DNA of 18,036 nucleotides from Fastidiosibacter lacustris. GTDB taxonomy: Bacteria > Pseudomonadota > Gammaproteobacteria > Francisellales > Francisellaceae. Below the pieces are notes generated by a model. It saw only the letters and a list, made by a program, of their open reading frames with translations. It did no database searches and was not told where the DNA came from. Positions within the stretch are counted from its first letter, which is position 1. Each line of letters starts with the position of its first letter. Both the position numbers and the translations under genes were made by a program. Location: assembly GCF_003428155.1 (NCBI RefSeq), contig NZ_QLIR01000027.1:1-18036 (forward strand), read 5' to 3'. Positions 17,685-18,036 of this stretch are shown one piece after another.

Positions 17685-18036
17685 TAAATAAGGTGAGTAA
17701 TCAATGGAAAGTTAGCGCAATACTGGATTGGGAGTTTGCATTTTCAGGTTCAATGTTATGGGATGTTGCAAACATGCTGCGCTATGCACATCAAGTACCA
17801 GCTAATTTTGAAAAAGCTTTCATCTCAGGGCTGGTACAGTCAGGTATTACATTACCTAAAGTATATAAGTTTAGACTTGACCTGACAGTTGCCTATTTTT
17901 CAAACGTGGTTTTTGTCAGATATGGTTGAGCAATTCAACCTTCTCTTGCCAGTGCGTTTTCCCATCAGTAAAAGTTGCTATTGGTGTTCTGCCACAACAC
18001 ATTTTGCCTTGATGAGTCCTTTGATGATTATACTGA

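Larger units (their letters stand above)
15983..17974 (+). pseudogene. Aminoglycoside/choline-kinase-like (APH fold) phosphotransferase pseudogene, two frameshifts plus IS982 insertion
   Basis: Fragments across frames: QGGCANLNLKLKLNDERMKLLRIYIRD...YREHAIAQLIH; YDLEAIMYQVGKAL...VQLVHGDFGPENILVN; and after the IS KVSNQWKVSAILDWEFAFSGSMLWDVANMLR. Breaks near 16125-16140 and 16365-16380. Outer boundaries are approximate. Confidence 0.78.

Noticed and set aside
17660-17929. ORF 17660-17929 as a standalone gene
   Set aside because: Its start lies inside the IS982 right end, and the body is the 3' part of the interrupted APH-like pseudogene.

Overview
This is an AT-rich accessory region, probably gammaproteobacterial (inference from protein style only). 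It contains many decayed genes and several mobile elements. From left to right: (1) the 3' end of an apparent polymorphic-toxin gene overlapping an Imm32-like immunity gene that contains an 11-G homopolymer; (2) a reverse-strand XRE regulator; (3) a probable small operon with a 20-aa ORF behind a strong SD, a 1599-aa NRPS-like protein (formyltransferase, vestigial linker, adenylation, PCP, thioester reductase, C-terminal hydrophobic segment), and a PAS protein with a degenerate histidine-kinase module; (4) two adjacent decayed PLP-enzyme genes (SHMT-like and threonine-aldolase-like), the first truncated at a perfect 16-bp-arm hairpin; (5) a frameshifted IS6-like transposase; (6) two small putative secreted proteins; (7) a Mu/Tn7/Tn552-type transposition module (serine resolvase, DDE transposase, AAA+ ATPase) preceded by four roughly helically phased direct repeats and followed closely by a DUF1016/YhcG-type PD-(D/E)XK nuclease; (8) an aminoglycoside/choline-kinase-like pseudogene split by an apparently intact IS982-family insertion with matched terminal inverted repeats and a 6-7 bp target duplication. 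The best candidates for something undescribed are the peptide/formyl-NRPS-reductase/PAS pseudo-kinase operon and the TnsB/TnsC-like plus YhcG-nuclease module. All family calls are by eye and no database search was run.
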